49,866 bases of DNA from Candidatus Parcubacteria bacterium (GCA_039805745.1 JBDLTQ010000005.1:1-49866), one strand, 5' to 3'; positions 1 through 7,773 are shown, counted from the first letter of the stretch. The notes: a model not told the origin generated them from the letters alone. Numbers and translations: made by a program.

Positions 1-138
1 AATCCGAAATTTTTTTTTCTCTTCATTATGAAAATAAACATCATTATGTATAAAAAAGCGATAAAAATAATATAAATAAAAAAAATAATTTTGTAAAACT
101 AAAAAACAAAATAAATAACACGACTCTGGTTCTATTTT

Positions 139-179
139 TTGACATTTTTTTAAACATGTTGTAGTGTTATAAACATGTT
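139..179 (+). promoter_or_regulatory. Candidate promoter/operator upstream of ORF 203: TTGACA followed by two copies of the palindrome AACATGTT
   Basis: TTGACA at 139-144. The 8-bp self-complementary AACATGTT occurs at 153-160 and 172-179. TATAAA lies at 168-173, but its spacing to the -35 is too long (23 nt), so promoter geometry is unclear. Confidence 0.25.
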
Positions 180-202
180 CTTTATAAACAGAAGGGGGTA
201 TC

Positions 203-448
203 ATGGAACTCCATGAATTACGAAGACAACTTATTGAAATAGAACAGGAGTATAGCATCGCTCTAGAAGGCTTCATGGAGAATATCCTTACCTCTCTGGG
301 TGGTAGCCACAGTCCTGTTGTAAAAGAAAAGATGAGGGAGCTCTATACAGTTACACGCAGTCAGACACTGCAATCCCTTAGGCTGCAAGGACACCTCTTA
401 CAGGAGCCGAAATACCCGCTCCATCTTATCCATTCAAAGACCACCTAG
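203..448 (+). CDS. Hypothetical small protein (81 aa)
   Basis: ORF preceded by a strong SD (GAAGGGGG, about 6 nt before the ATG). Its TAG stop is embedded in a terminator hairpin. No recognisable motif. Confidence 0.55.
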   Translation: MELHELRRQLIEIEQEYSIALEGFMENILTSLGGSHSPVVKEKMRELYTVTRSQTLQSLRLQGHLLQEPKYPLHLIHSKTT

Positions 449-465
449 TGGTCTTTTATTTTCTA
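436..465 (+). terminator. Intrinsic terminator of ORF 203
   Basis: Stem AAAGACCAC (436-444) / GTGGTCTTT (448-456), loop CTA, followed by TTTTATTTT. Confidence 0.6.
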
Positions 466-490
466 TTATTAACGATATACTCGTTATTAT

Positions 491-895
491 ATGGAACAAC
501 CTTATTTTAAAAACAATATTGAAAATAATACACCACAAAGACCAGAACTTCAGGATCTTGATCCAGAACTTCTAAAAATAGTAACTAAACTACAGCAACT
601 AGAACCTCAACTTAAGAATCTACAAGAAAAACAAAAAAATACCTCTGAAAATAATTATCAAGAAAGAAGTGACTTAAGAGAGAAAATTAAAAAACTTGAA
701 AACGAAATAAACCTTCTCCAAACAGAAAAGATGGTGCGTATTAAGGAAAAAATGCATCTCCTTGAGGCAAAATTTAAAACCATAACAGGTGAAAATAAAA
801 GCATCACTGATGAAGGTGACGCATTTGATAAGGCATTAAAGGGAACAGGGGAGCTCGCAGCTAATGATAGACTACGCATAAGAAGAGGTATATAA
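491..895 (+). CDS. Hypothetical coiled-coil protein (134 aa), Lys/Glu/Gln-rich
   Basis: Uninterrupted ORF with heptad-like charged sequence (LQQLEPQLKNLQEKQK...). No clear SD. Followed by a long hairpin. Confidence 0.5.
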   Translation: MEQPYFKNNIENNTPQRPELQDLDPELLKIVTKLQQLEPQLKNLQEKQKNTSENNYQERSDLREKIKKLENEINLLQTEKMVRIKEKMHLLEAKFKTITGENKSITDEGDAFDKALKGTGELAANDRLRIRRGI

Positions 896-934
896 ACACC
901 TTTTAGCCCATCAAGCACTCAACATTATCTTTAT

Positions 935-983
935 AAAGATACAATAAAACGCGACTTTATTAGTCGCGTTTTATTGTATCTTT
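935..983. terminator. Bidirectional terminator / long perfect inverted repeat between convergent genes
   Basis: 21-nt arms AAAGATACAATAAAACGCGAC (935-955) and the exact reverse complement (963-983), with a 7-nt loop. A/T-rich on both flanks. Confidence 0.6.
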
Positions 984-1024
984 ATTTGTTTCTGTAGTTT
1001 TTTCTAAAGAAACAAGAAAGGATA

Positions 1025-1321
1025 CTATTTAACTGCATCCTTAAGAGCTTTTGCAGCTGAAAACTTTGGAACCTTAGTAGCTGGAACCTTTACTGTTTCT
1101 CCAGTCTTTGGGTTACGAGCTTCGCGAGCCTTTCGTAGCTTTACAGAAAACTTTCCAATACCAGCGATAGCAACCTCATCTCCTTTTGAAAGAGTCTTGA
1201 TAATTGTATCGAAGAGTGTGTCTACTACTTCTTCAGCTTGTACTTTTGTTGAACCAAGTACTGCATGTACCGCTTCAACGAGTCCTGCTTTGTTCATATG
1301 ATGAATGTAATTAGGTAGCAT
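1025..1321 (-). CDS. hup: HU/IHF-family nucleoid-associated DNA-binding protein
   Basis: MNKAGLVEAV...GIGKFSVKLRKAREARNPKTGETVKVPATKVPKFSAAKALKDAV is a typical HU fold sequence with the beta-arm RNPKTGE. The ATG at 1321 has AGGA 5 nt upstream. An internal ATG at 1297 would give the canonical MNK start. Confidence 0.9.
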   Translation of the reverse strand: MLPNYIHHMNKAGLVEAVHAVLGSTKVQAEEVVDTLFDTIIKTLSKGDEVAIAGIGKFSVKLRKAREARNPKTGETVKVPATKVPKFSAAKALKDAVK

Positions 1322-1398
1322 GGTTTCCTAGGATCACACTACCTAAAAATAAATTTATTAAATCATCGCAAGCGTACTTTCGTACGATGGATAAAATA

Positions 1399-1426
1399 AG
1401 TATATAACTCCTAGGTTTTTCTGCAA
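1399..1426 (-). promoter_or_regulatory. Candidate sigma70-type promoter for the HU gene
   Basis: On the minus strand: TTGCAG (1426-1421), 16 nt, TATACT (1404-1399). This leaves a ~75-nt leader. Confidence 0.35.
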
Positions 1427-1700
1427 GTCACAAAAACACGTAATTATATTTTGTCAAAAAATACCTTTCTTACAAAAGCTCTCGTAAAACACAAACCTAC
1501 AACTTCCTAAGAAAAAAGGGTGTTCTGCATGACGAAGAAACTAGCTCTGTATTATTCTATACCCCATACATCAATTCATGTTTAAAATTCACAAAACTTA
1601 GGCAACTTTATGAGATAAGTTTTATACTACTGTACAAGACTCCTGTTGGAGAATCAGTAATTTTTACCTTATGCTGTAGTTGTTTTAGAGGACAACCAAA

Positions 1701-1730
1701 CAAAAAGAAACACCCTCGCAAGGGAGGGTG
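1701..1730 (-). terminator. Intrinsic terminator of the nucleotidase gene
   Basis: Hairpin CACCCTC/GAGGGTG at 1711-1730, followed on the minus strand by TTTCTTTTTG. Confidence 0.55.
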
Positions 1731-1752
1731 TTTATGTATGCATCAAGAGAAT

Positions 1753-2409
1753 TTAATGAAGAATTCCGCGAGGAAATCTATCGGATCCGACAAAGGTGCC
1801 TGGGGTGATTTCCCTCGTTCTCTCGGCGTACTCGAAATAATCCTTAAACATTGGAATAATGACTTTATGCCATGTTGGCCAAGAAGTAATCCTTGGGAGG
1901 TATAACCCTTCGTTGTACGCGTGAGCAAAGTGCACATGCTCCCAGACCGGAGTAAGAGCACTAGACACCACCGGCTTATCGTCTATCAAAACAGACCCAC
2001 GGATAAGGGTTTTGTCACGGGAGATAATGGCGTTGTTAGCAAAATCATCATCAAGATGCTTCGCAAGCCATTCAAGCTTCTCCTTGGTACAAAAAGGGTT
2101 CTTGCTTGGCTTTTTAGGTGCCGTGCAGACAATCACCTCGCCGAACTTGTCCCTGATGAACCTACGCATCTCCTTGATCGATTCAACTGCGCCCACAATC
2201 GGAGGAAGGTATGCATAAAACCCTTCTTCGTTACTAAGCGCATCAACAGCCTTCTGATGCTCTTCTTCAAACATATACTCAGGATTAAACTCCTTCACTT
2301 CTTCTGGATGAAAAAGTGGTAGACCAAGTTTTGTGTGTGCGAGTTCGAGAATTCGTGCATTGTAATCGCACACAACCCCATCCATGTCGAGCAGAACAAT
2401 GAAATCCAT
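1753..2409 (-). CDS. HAD-superfamily 5'(3')-deoxyribonucleotidase (NT5C-like)
   Basis: Starts MDFIVLLDMDGVVCDY (HAD motif I, DxDG). Overall layout resembles NT5C-type nucleotidases. The ATG at 2409 is preferred over the upstream ORF start at 2469. GC visibly higher than neighbouring genes. Confidence 0.7.
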   Translation of the reverse strand: MDFIVLLDMDGVVCDYNARILELAHTKLGLPLFHPEEVKEFNPEYMFEEEHQKAVDALSNEEGFYAYLPPIVGAVESIKEMRRFIRDKFGEVIVCTAPKKPSKNPFCTKEKLEWLAKHLDDDFANNAIISRDKTLIRGSVLIDDKPVVSSALTPVWEHVHFAHAYNEGLYLPRITSWPTWHKVIIPMFKDYFEYAERTREITPGTFVGSDRFPRGILH

Positions 2410-2538
2410 ACTATTTCTCCTATGTGGTCGGTAAAGATCTACCACCAAGAACTCTACCAGAAAGGACAAGACTTTTGGTGATACAAAGGTAAATATGTAT
2501 ATTTTGCTTTACACTTTATATTTTTATACTATATAATA

Positions 2539-3274
2539 ATGTTATATTTTGAAATAAATATGACAAATAAGCCCCTTAATCACGCCCTTTTTGCGCTCGG
2601 CCTAAGTGAGCACGAAGCGGCAATCTATATCTTCCTCGCCCATAAAGGGGCATCAAATATAAGCAATGTCGCTAAAGGAGCACACCTTTCACGAGTAACA
2701 ACCTATAGCTATGTAGAAAAACTACTCAAAAAGAATCTCTTACTAAAAACAAAACGCAAGGAACGAGATCTCTATGAAGCGTGTGATCCAAGCTCACTCA
2801 TCGCCTCACTCGACGAGGTACACAAAGAGGGGAGTCTAGCACTTACATCACTTGCTCACATACTTAAAAAACATTATTTATCCCGAGAATCACAACGCAC
2901 GCAGGAAGGAGCTGTTCGATGTTTATGTAGATATCGCGAAAGATTCACCAAAAGGTGGCACGTTTTTTAGGTATACATCTCGCACAGATGATTTTGGTTT
3001 TGCTCCACTCTATACAGGACTACGGGAGGAAAAAGAATTAGAACGATTAGTTATTACAAGTGAACACAAAGCCGAGAAAACAAAAAAGGATTCTAACAGG
3101 TTTATAAAAACAGTACCGAAAGATTTTTCTTTTGATGACAATGTAACCCTTATTATTCATGGGAACAAAGTTACCCACATTGATTACAGTTCACTTACAG
3201 GTATCACCATTGAATCACCACAACTTGCGCGTTTTCAAGAAAAAATTTTTAAATTATTGTGGAAGAAATTATAA
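2539..3274 (+). pseudogene. TrmB-family winged-helix transcriptional regulator, split by a +1 frameshift at an A6 run
   Basis: The N-terminal ORF (2539-2970) carries the HTH (LGLSEHEAAIYIFLAHKGASNISNVAKGAHLSRVTTYSYVEKLLKKNLL). The C-terminal part continues in frame 2 (2852-3274). The two frames join at AAAAAA, 2866-2871. Confidence 0.7.
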
Positions 3275-3287
3275 ATGATAAAAAATA

Positions 3288-3316
3288 AAAGAGTGACGCC
3301 TACGGCGTCACTCTTT
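3288..3316. terminator. Bidirectional terminator between the TrmB-like gene and rny
   Basis: AAAGAGTGACGCC (3288-3300), loop TAC, GGCGTCACTCTTT (3304-3316). A-run before and T-run after. Confidence 0.7.
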
Positions 3317-3347
3317 TATCATAGCGCACATCTTTATCATATAGACA

Positions 3348-4865
3348 CTATCTTGCAAACTCAATGACACGTGATTCACGTATCACATGAATCTTTATCT
3401 CACCCGGAAAACGAAGTTCTTGTTCAATACGAAGAGCAATATCTCGCGCAAGATTACGCGCTTCCATATCAGAGACAAGAGAAGGGGAAACAAACACTCT
3501 AATTTCGCGACCAGCAGCAAGAGCGTATGCACGCTCTATGCCAGAAAATGCCAGCGCTATTGCCTCCAAATCTTCAAGACGTTTTATATATCGATCAACA
3601 GTATCGCGACGTGCTCCTGGACGACCACCAGAAATAGCATCAGCCACCTGGACAAGAACACTTTCAATAGTCTCATATGGATACTCTTCATGATGAGCCT
3701 GCATTGCAAGAATAACTCGTTCATCAACACTATACTTCATAAGAATCTTACGACCAATTTCAACATGAGTCCCTTGAACCTCATGGTCTACAGCTTTTCC
3801 TATGTCATGAAGGAGTGCTCCAGCTTTTGCAACATGAACATCTGCCCCAAGCTCATACGCCAGAACACCTGCAATATGAGCCATTTCAATAGAATGATCA
3901 AGCACATTCTGACCATAACTTGTACGAAAATATAAACGACCGATAATTGGAATAATTTCTTCTGGAAGAGAAAGAATACCCGTTGCAAGCACTGCTTCTT
4001 GTCCTTTCTTTTTCATAAAAACACCAATGTCTTTCTTTGCTTTCTCAATACATTCTTCTATTTTTGCCGGCTGAATACGTCCATCTTTTATTAGTATTTC
4101 AAGTGCGCTCTTAGCAATTGCGCGTCTCACTGGATCAAAACAAGAGATAACAATAGCATTTGGAATCTCATCAATGAGAAGTTCAACGCCGGAGAATCGT
4201 TCAAATGTCTTAATATTTCTCCCATCTTTACCAATAATCTTACCTTTTATCTCTTCATCTTCAAGAGGGACTGTTGCTGTTGTAAACTGAGAAACTTGAC
4301 TATTCCCGATACGATAAATAGCATTAACAATAATATCTCTTCCACGTTCTTCCAAACGAGCCTCCCCATCTCGTGCGAGTTTCAACGCACGAGATGCAAA
4401 ATCTTCTTCTGACTCTCTAGTGACTTGCTCTAAAAGCATGCACTTAGCTTCATCTTTAGAAAGAGATGCGATTGATTCTAATGCATTACCTACCTCTTTC
4501 TGTTGAGAAAGAAGTGTTTCTTTTATAGTTTCAAGCTCTTTTGATTTAGCTCTTATAAGCTCTGACTCATGAAGAAGAGACTGCTCACGCAGATGAAACT
4601 CTTTTTCTTTCGCATCAATACGCGATTCGTGCTTTTCTAAACGGTCTTCATTCTTTTTTAGCTCTTCACGAAGCACCTTAGCCCTAGAAAGAGCTTCGTC
4701 TTCTATTGCTCTTGCTTCTCGCTTTGCAATAAGAAGTTTTTCTTCTATTTGTGCTTCGATTGTTCCACGATGAGCAAGTGCCACATAGTGACGCACCACA
4801 TATCCTAAAGCGCCCCCAACAACAAAGATGACAGCGCCTTCTGCGAGAAGTACTGTAGTTTGCAT
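3348..4865 (-). CDS. rny: Ribonuclease Y
   Basis: N-terminal TM helix, long coiled coil, KH domain (GKIIGKDGRNIK), and HD domain (LLHDIGKAVDHE...HH). This is the typical RNase Y architecture. Confidence 0.93.
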   Translation of the reverse strand: MQTTVLLAEGAVIFVVGGALGYVVRHYVALAHRGTIEAQIEEKLLIAKREARAIEDEALSRAKVLREELKKNEDRLEKHESRIDAKEKEFHLREQSLLHESELIRAKSKELETIKETLLSQQKEVGNALESIASLSKDEAKCMLLEQVTRESEEDFASRALKLARDGEARLEERGRDIIVNAIYRIGNSQVSQFTTATVPLEDEEIKGKIIGKDGRNIKTFERFSGVELLIDEIPNAIVISCFDPVRRAIAKSALEILIKDGRIQPAKIEECIEKAKKDIGVFMKKKGQEAVLATGILSLPEEIIPIIGRLYFRTSYGQNVLDHSIEMAHIAGVLAYELGADVHVAKAGALLHDIGKAVDHEVQGTHVEIGRKILMKYSVDERVILAMQAHHEEYPYETIESVLVQVADAISGGRPGARRDTVDRYIKRLEDLEAIALAFSGIERAYALAAGREIRVFVSPSLVSDMEARNLARDIALRIEQELRFPGEIKIHVIRESRVIEFAR

Positions 4866-4866
4866 G

Positions 4867-5451
4867 TTATTTAGTTTTTGGTTTTAAAATAGAATCAACA
4901 ATACCGTATTTTTTCGCCTCATCAGCAGACATCCAGTAGTCGCGATCACTATCTTTTTCAATAGTTTCTATTTTCTGCCCAGTATTTTTAGATAATATTT
5001 CATTAAGAAGCTTCTTTAAGCGAACACCTTCACGTAAATCAATTTCTATATCTGTAATCTTTCCACGAGCGCCTGATGATGGCTGATGAATCATTACAGT
5101 TGCATGGGGGAGAAGACTTCTCTTGCCTTTTGTTCCACTTGAAAGAAGGAATGCACCCATAGATGCTTGCATACCAATACCGACAGTAGCAATATCACAT
5201 TTTAAATGTTTCATTGTGTCATAAATAGCCAAACCATCATACACACTTCCACCAGGAGAGTTAATGTAGAGCATAATATCTTTTTTTGGATCTTCCGCTT
5301 CAAGGAAAAGCATCTGGGCTACAACAATAGAAGCAGTGTACTGATTCACTTCATCTCCAAGGAAAATAATACGCTCCTTAAGAAGTCTTGAATAAATATC
5401 ATATGCACGTTCACCAAATTGGCTTTTTTCAATAACAGTTGGGATTAACAT
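4867..5451 (-). CDS. clpP: ATP-dependent Clp protease proteolytic subunit
   Basis: [19 protein letters not shown]...INSPGGSV...[11 protein letters not shown]...MIHQP contains the catalytic Ser/His context. Its stop lies 1 nt before the rny start, indicating an operon. Confidence 0.95.
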   Translation of the reverse strand: MLIPTVIEKSQFGERAYDIYSRLLKERIIFLGDEVNQYTASIVVAQMLFLEAEDPKKDIMLYINSPGGSVYDGLAIYDTMKHLKCDIATVGIGMQASMGAFLLSSGTKGKRSLLPHATVMIHQPSSGARGKITDIEIDLREGVRLKKLLNEILSKNTGQKIETIEKDSDRDYWMSADEAKKYGIVDSILKPKTK

Positions 5452-5715
5452 AGTTTTTAAGATTAAATAAACTTATTTTATAACAGTTTTACCTGTATTT
5501 ATGCTTTAAAAAAATTCTTCTATCAATGTAACATTCTTTCATTCTTTCGGTAACAGATCTGTATTCCTTTCATGCCAGTATTACTTGCACTATATCATAA
5601 AAAGATACTGCGCTTGTATGTATTTGACACTATCACAAAAAATATGGTAGTACAAACGCATAGGGTTCCAAAAAAGACTTATTTTACAAGCACACCCTTT
5701 TGAACACTGCTACTT

Positions 5716-5913
5716 ATGACGGAACCAACATTTACTATTACAGAGACCGGATTCACCCTCTTCGCAGATGGTGCCGAATATGTTCTCACATGGATCGGGG
5801 AGAAACTTATGGTAACAGGACCGGATATTTGTTATTACCTATTACAAACAACAAGAGGGCTCGAACAAGCAAATTGCGCCCTCACCACATTTTCTCTCAT
5901 TGTTCCCAACTAA
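5716..5913 (+). CDS. Possible small hypothetical protein (65 aa)
   Basis: ORF only, with no SD. A weak upstream promoter-like site exists (TTGACA 5624-5629). It could equally be non-coding. Confidence 0.2.
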   Translation: MTEPTFTITETGFTLFADGAEYVLTWIGEKLMVTGPDICYYLLQTTRGLEQANCALTTFSLIVPN

Positions 5914-5958
5914 AAACTATTTATTTTATTGAAAAATAAGGATTTTTTAGAAAATATA

Positions 5959-5986
5959 CTTGACAAAAGGCTATTTTTATGTATAA
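5959..5986 (+). promoter_or_regulatory. Near-consensus sigma70 promoter for the membrane protein gene
   Basis: TTGACA (5959-5964), 16 nt, TATAAT (5981-5986), with TG immediately upstream of the -10. Confidence 0.65.
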
Positions 5987-6054
5987 TATATAGCATCGGT
6001 AGCAGAAATCCTTCTACTATCATTGATCTTTCACTTTTCAGAAAGGAGGGTGTC

Positions 6055-6831
6055 ATGCCTTCACTCTTTTACGTTCGTATATCCACAATTATCCTCCTGG
6101 CATGCCTGCCCGCAGGATACTCGATTGGCGCCTTAGCAGAAGGGAAATTCTTCTACGGCATGCTCTCTGTTGTGACAACTCTTCTCTTGATAGTCTTCGC
6201 ATTCTATCCGAAGGAAGTCTTGTCTTTTCTTGAATCTTTGACAAAGACAACTGTGGAGAGTGTTGCAAAGGTTTCACCCCACGTGATACGCCGAACAAAA
6301 AGTAGCAGCACCTTTATCAGCAACCAACTTGCTGTCAAACCCTTCTTTTGGCTTAGTGTGGCAGTGTTTGCCATAACTTTTGCCAGTATCTTTTTTGAAA
6401 AGGTCACCACTTGGGCCGTTCTCTTCTTTTTTGGTGTTGGAACCATTCTTATGGTGACACACTATAACAAATGGAGGGAAATCCTTGCTGTCATTGTTAC
6501 CTACAAAAAACAGGTGTGGCTTGGGTTGTCAGTTGTCTTTTTAGCAATTGCTGTAGCACAAGAATCACCGACGATGAGCTTGCTGTGTCTTGTATCTGGC
6601 ATTTGTGCAGTCATCACAATTACCAAGTGCTGGGGGCAGGTTGGTATCTTTTTTCGCACACTACTGTCTGGTGGTTACGGAAAAAGCACGCTGACAATCA
6701 GCGGTGCAGTGCTAATTCTGCTCATTGTGCTGTATCTGCCTATTTGGGACAACCTGAGGGAAGGACTCGGTGTGATCTGCGCACTACTTATTATTGCAAG
6801 CGTCATCTTCTTGACACCCAAAAGTAAGTAA
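6055..6831 (+). CDS. Polytopic membrane protein, unknown function
   Basis: The ATG at 6055 is preceded by AAAGGAGGG. There are about 7 hydrophobic segments. The ORF-track start at 5929 lies upstream of the promoter, so it is rejected. Confidence 0.7.
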   Translation: MPSLFYVRISTIILLACLPAGYSIGALAEGKFFYGMLSVVTTLLLIVFAFYPKEVLSFLESLTKTTVESVAKVSPHVIRRTKSSSTFISNQLAVKPFFWLSVAVFAITFASIFFEKVTTWAVLFFFGVGTILMVTHYNKWREILAVIVTYKKQVWLGLSVVFLAIAVAQESPTMSLLCLVSGICAVITITKCWGQVGIFFRTLLSGGYGKSTLTISGAVLILLIVLYLPIWDNLREGLGVICALLIIASVIFLTPKSK

Positions 6832-6844
6832 GCCCTGCTCACTC

Positions 6845-6878
6845 AAAAGCTGAACATATACTGTTCAGCTTTTTTTTA
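6845..6878 (+). terminator. Intrinsic terminator
   Basis: AGCTGAACA (6848-6856), loop TATAC, TGTTCAGCT (6862-6870), then T8 (6871-6878). Confidence 0.75.
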
Positions 6879-6940
6879 TACAAAAATACCATATAGATAG
6901 AAATCACTGTTCAAAAACACAAAATATTCGTAATAAAAGA

Positions 6941-7240
6941 AATAAAAAACCCTCTTGCATTGTAGATACGACAAGATAAGTCATATACACAATGCAAGAG
7001 GGTTCATACTATCCTACATAAGTACTCGTTTAAAAACAAACTGTGTAACCTTTATAATAGGGGAGAAGTGATATCACTTCTTGTTATCAAATGGATCACA
7101 TGGAGATGTTGTGTGAGTGCTCTAATAATTAGAACGAAGCACTCAACAAAATAAAGAACAAACATGGTAGAATCTGTGCGCAAAGTTTTATAACCCGATA
7201 ACGCACGGGTGAACGTTTTTGACTACGTCATCTACCCTGT
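6941..7240 (-). ncRNA. Candidate ~300-nt structured RNA, unit A (no family recognised)
   Basis: Minus-strand promoter at 7246-7274. Conserved 5' block TAAGGACAGGGTAGA...TCACCCGTGCGTTATCGGG...TCTACCA is shared with unit B. Ends in a 14-bp perfect hairpin (6950-6963/6989-7002) plus a U-tract. The track shows no ORF of 60 aa or more in this unit. Confidence 0.4.
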
Positions 7241-7245
7241 CCTTA

Positions 7246-7274
7246 ATGATACCCTTATTGTCTTTTATACGCAA
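7246..7274 (-). promoter_or_regulatory. Promoter of RNA unit A
   Basis: Minus strand: TTGCGT (7274-7269), 17 nt, TATCAT (7251-7246). Same geometry as unit B. Confidence 0.45.
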
Positions 7275-7283
7275 CAGCTTTCT

Positions 7284-7292
7284 TGTGGATAA
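7284..7292 (-). promoter_or_regulatory. Perfect DnaA box (TTATCCACA on the minus strand), 9 nt upstream of the unit A -35
   Basis: The plus strand reads TGTGGATAA, an exact 9/9 match to the DnaA box consensus. Confidence 0.5.
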
Positions 7293-7311
7293 CTTTTAAA
7301 AAACTACTAAA

Positions 7312-7604
7312 ATAAAAAACCCCTTGCTATCTATACGCGACAGGATGTCGTGGACAGATTGCAAGGGGTTTTTGAGAAAAGTTTGTACTATTCAGCGGTT
7401 TCACAACCTTGGTTTAGTTACAAACGATATAAAGAGCGATTCATGCAAACCTTTTTAGATTTATATATTGATTTGTATACGGACATCTTATGGTGATGTG
7501 TAATCCGTGAATAAAAGAGCAGTTTTGGTAGAGATTTGTGCGTTACACATAAGTGTCCCGATTAACGCACGGGTGAGCGTGTGTACGTCTTGTCTCTACC
7601 CTGT
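7312..7604 (-). ncRNA. Candidate ~290-nt structured RNA, unit B (paralogue of unit A)
   Basis: Promoter at 7610-7638. Same conserved 5' domain as unit A. Helices GGTAGAGA/TCTCTACC and GTGCGTTA/TAACGCAC. Terminator hairpin CCCCTTGC...GCAAGGGG (7320-7368) plus a U-tract on the minus strand. Confidence 0.4.
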
Positions 7605-7609
7605 CCTTA

Positions 7610-7638
7610 ATAATATAGCAGATGTCTCTTACATGCAA
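7610..7638 (-). promoter_or_regulatory. Promoter of RNA unit B
   Basis: Minus strand: TTGCAT (7638-7633), 17 nt, TATTAT (7615-7610). Confidence 0.45.
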
Positions 7639-7647
7639 GTACCTTTG

Positions 7648-7666
7648 TGTGGATAACTGTGGATAA
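7648..7666 (-). promoter_or_regulatory. Two adjacent perfect DnaA boxes, the proximal one 9 nt upstream of the unit B -35
   Basis: TGTGGATAA at 7648-7656 and 7658-7666 (plus strand). Minus strand reads TTATCCACA-G-TTATCCACA. Confidence 0.5.
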
Positions 7667-7773
7667 GTCTTTTATAGTTCTTTATTATTCCTTATGTAGT
7701 CTTCTGCTACGCTCTTATTATTGTCTTTTCATATCTCTTGCAATGTCTCTTTGGCTTCGATAGTCTTGTATAC

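Noticed and set aside
1-26. Possible start of a minus-strand gene running off the left edge (ATGAAGAGAAAAAAAAATTTCGG...).
   Set aside because: Only 8 codons are visible and they lie within a poly-A/T tract. This cannot be supported.
658-918. Antisense or overlapping ORFs from the six-frame track. Examples: 658-918(-), 1921-2322(+), 3387-3935(+), 9524-10159(+), 11074-11466(-), 33659-34132(-), 43564-43794(-), 48140-48637(-).
   Set aside because: Each lies inside or opposite a longer ORF with clear family motifs. They have low-complexity or unnatural composition and no SD, so they are shadow ORFs.
1322-1752. The 430-bp non-coding stretch upstream of HU as an RNA gene or riboswitch.
   Set aside because: I found only a plausible HU promoter, two CCTAGG sites and short 5-bp stems. 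No extended conserved-looking structure and no terminator-bounded unit could be identified.
5929-6054. The N-terminal extension of the membrane protein ORF (track start at 5929), and ORF 5700-5939.
   Set aside because: The consensus promoter (5959-5986) and the strong SD before the ATG at 6055 lie inside the extension. ORF 5700-5939 overlaps 5716-5913 and has no signals.
6941-7604. Small peptides inside the two RNA units. On the minus strand, unit A has a 37-aa hydrophobic ORF (MFVLYFVECFVLIIRAL...), which suggested a type I toxin.
   Set aside because: It has no SD. The peptide is not conserved in unit B, which has unrelated 19-22 aa ORFs at other positions. The conservation lies in the non-ORF 5' domain.
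6832-7773. Interpretation of the whole gap as the chromosomal replication origin.
   Set aside because: Only three DnaA boxes are present, all tied at identical spacing to promoters. There is no dnaA or dnaN nearby and no obvious switch in gene orientation. It is kept as an alternative in the findings, not as the primary call.
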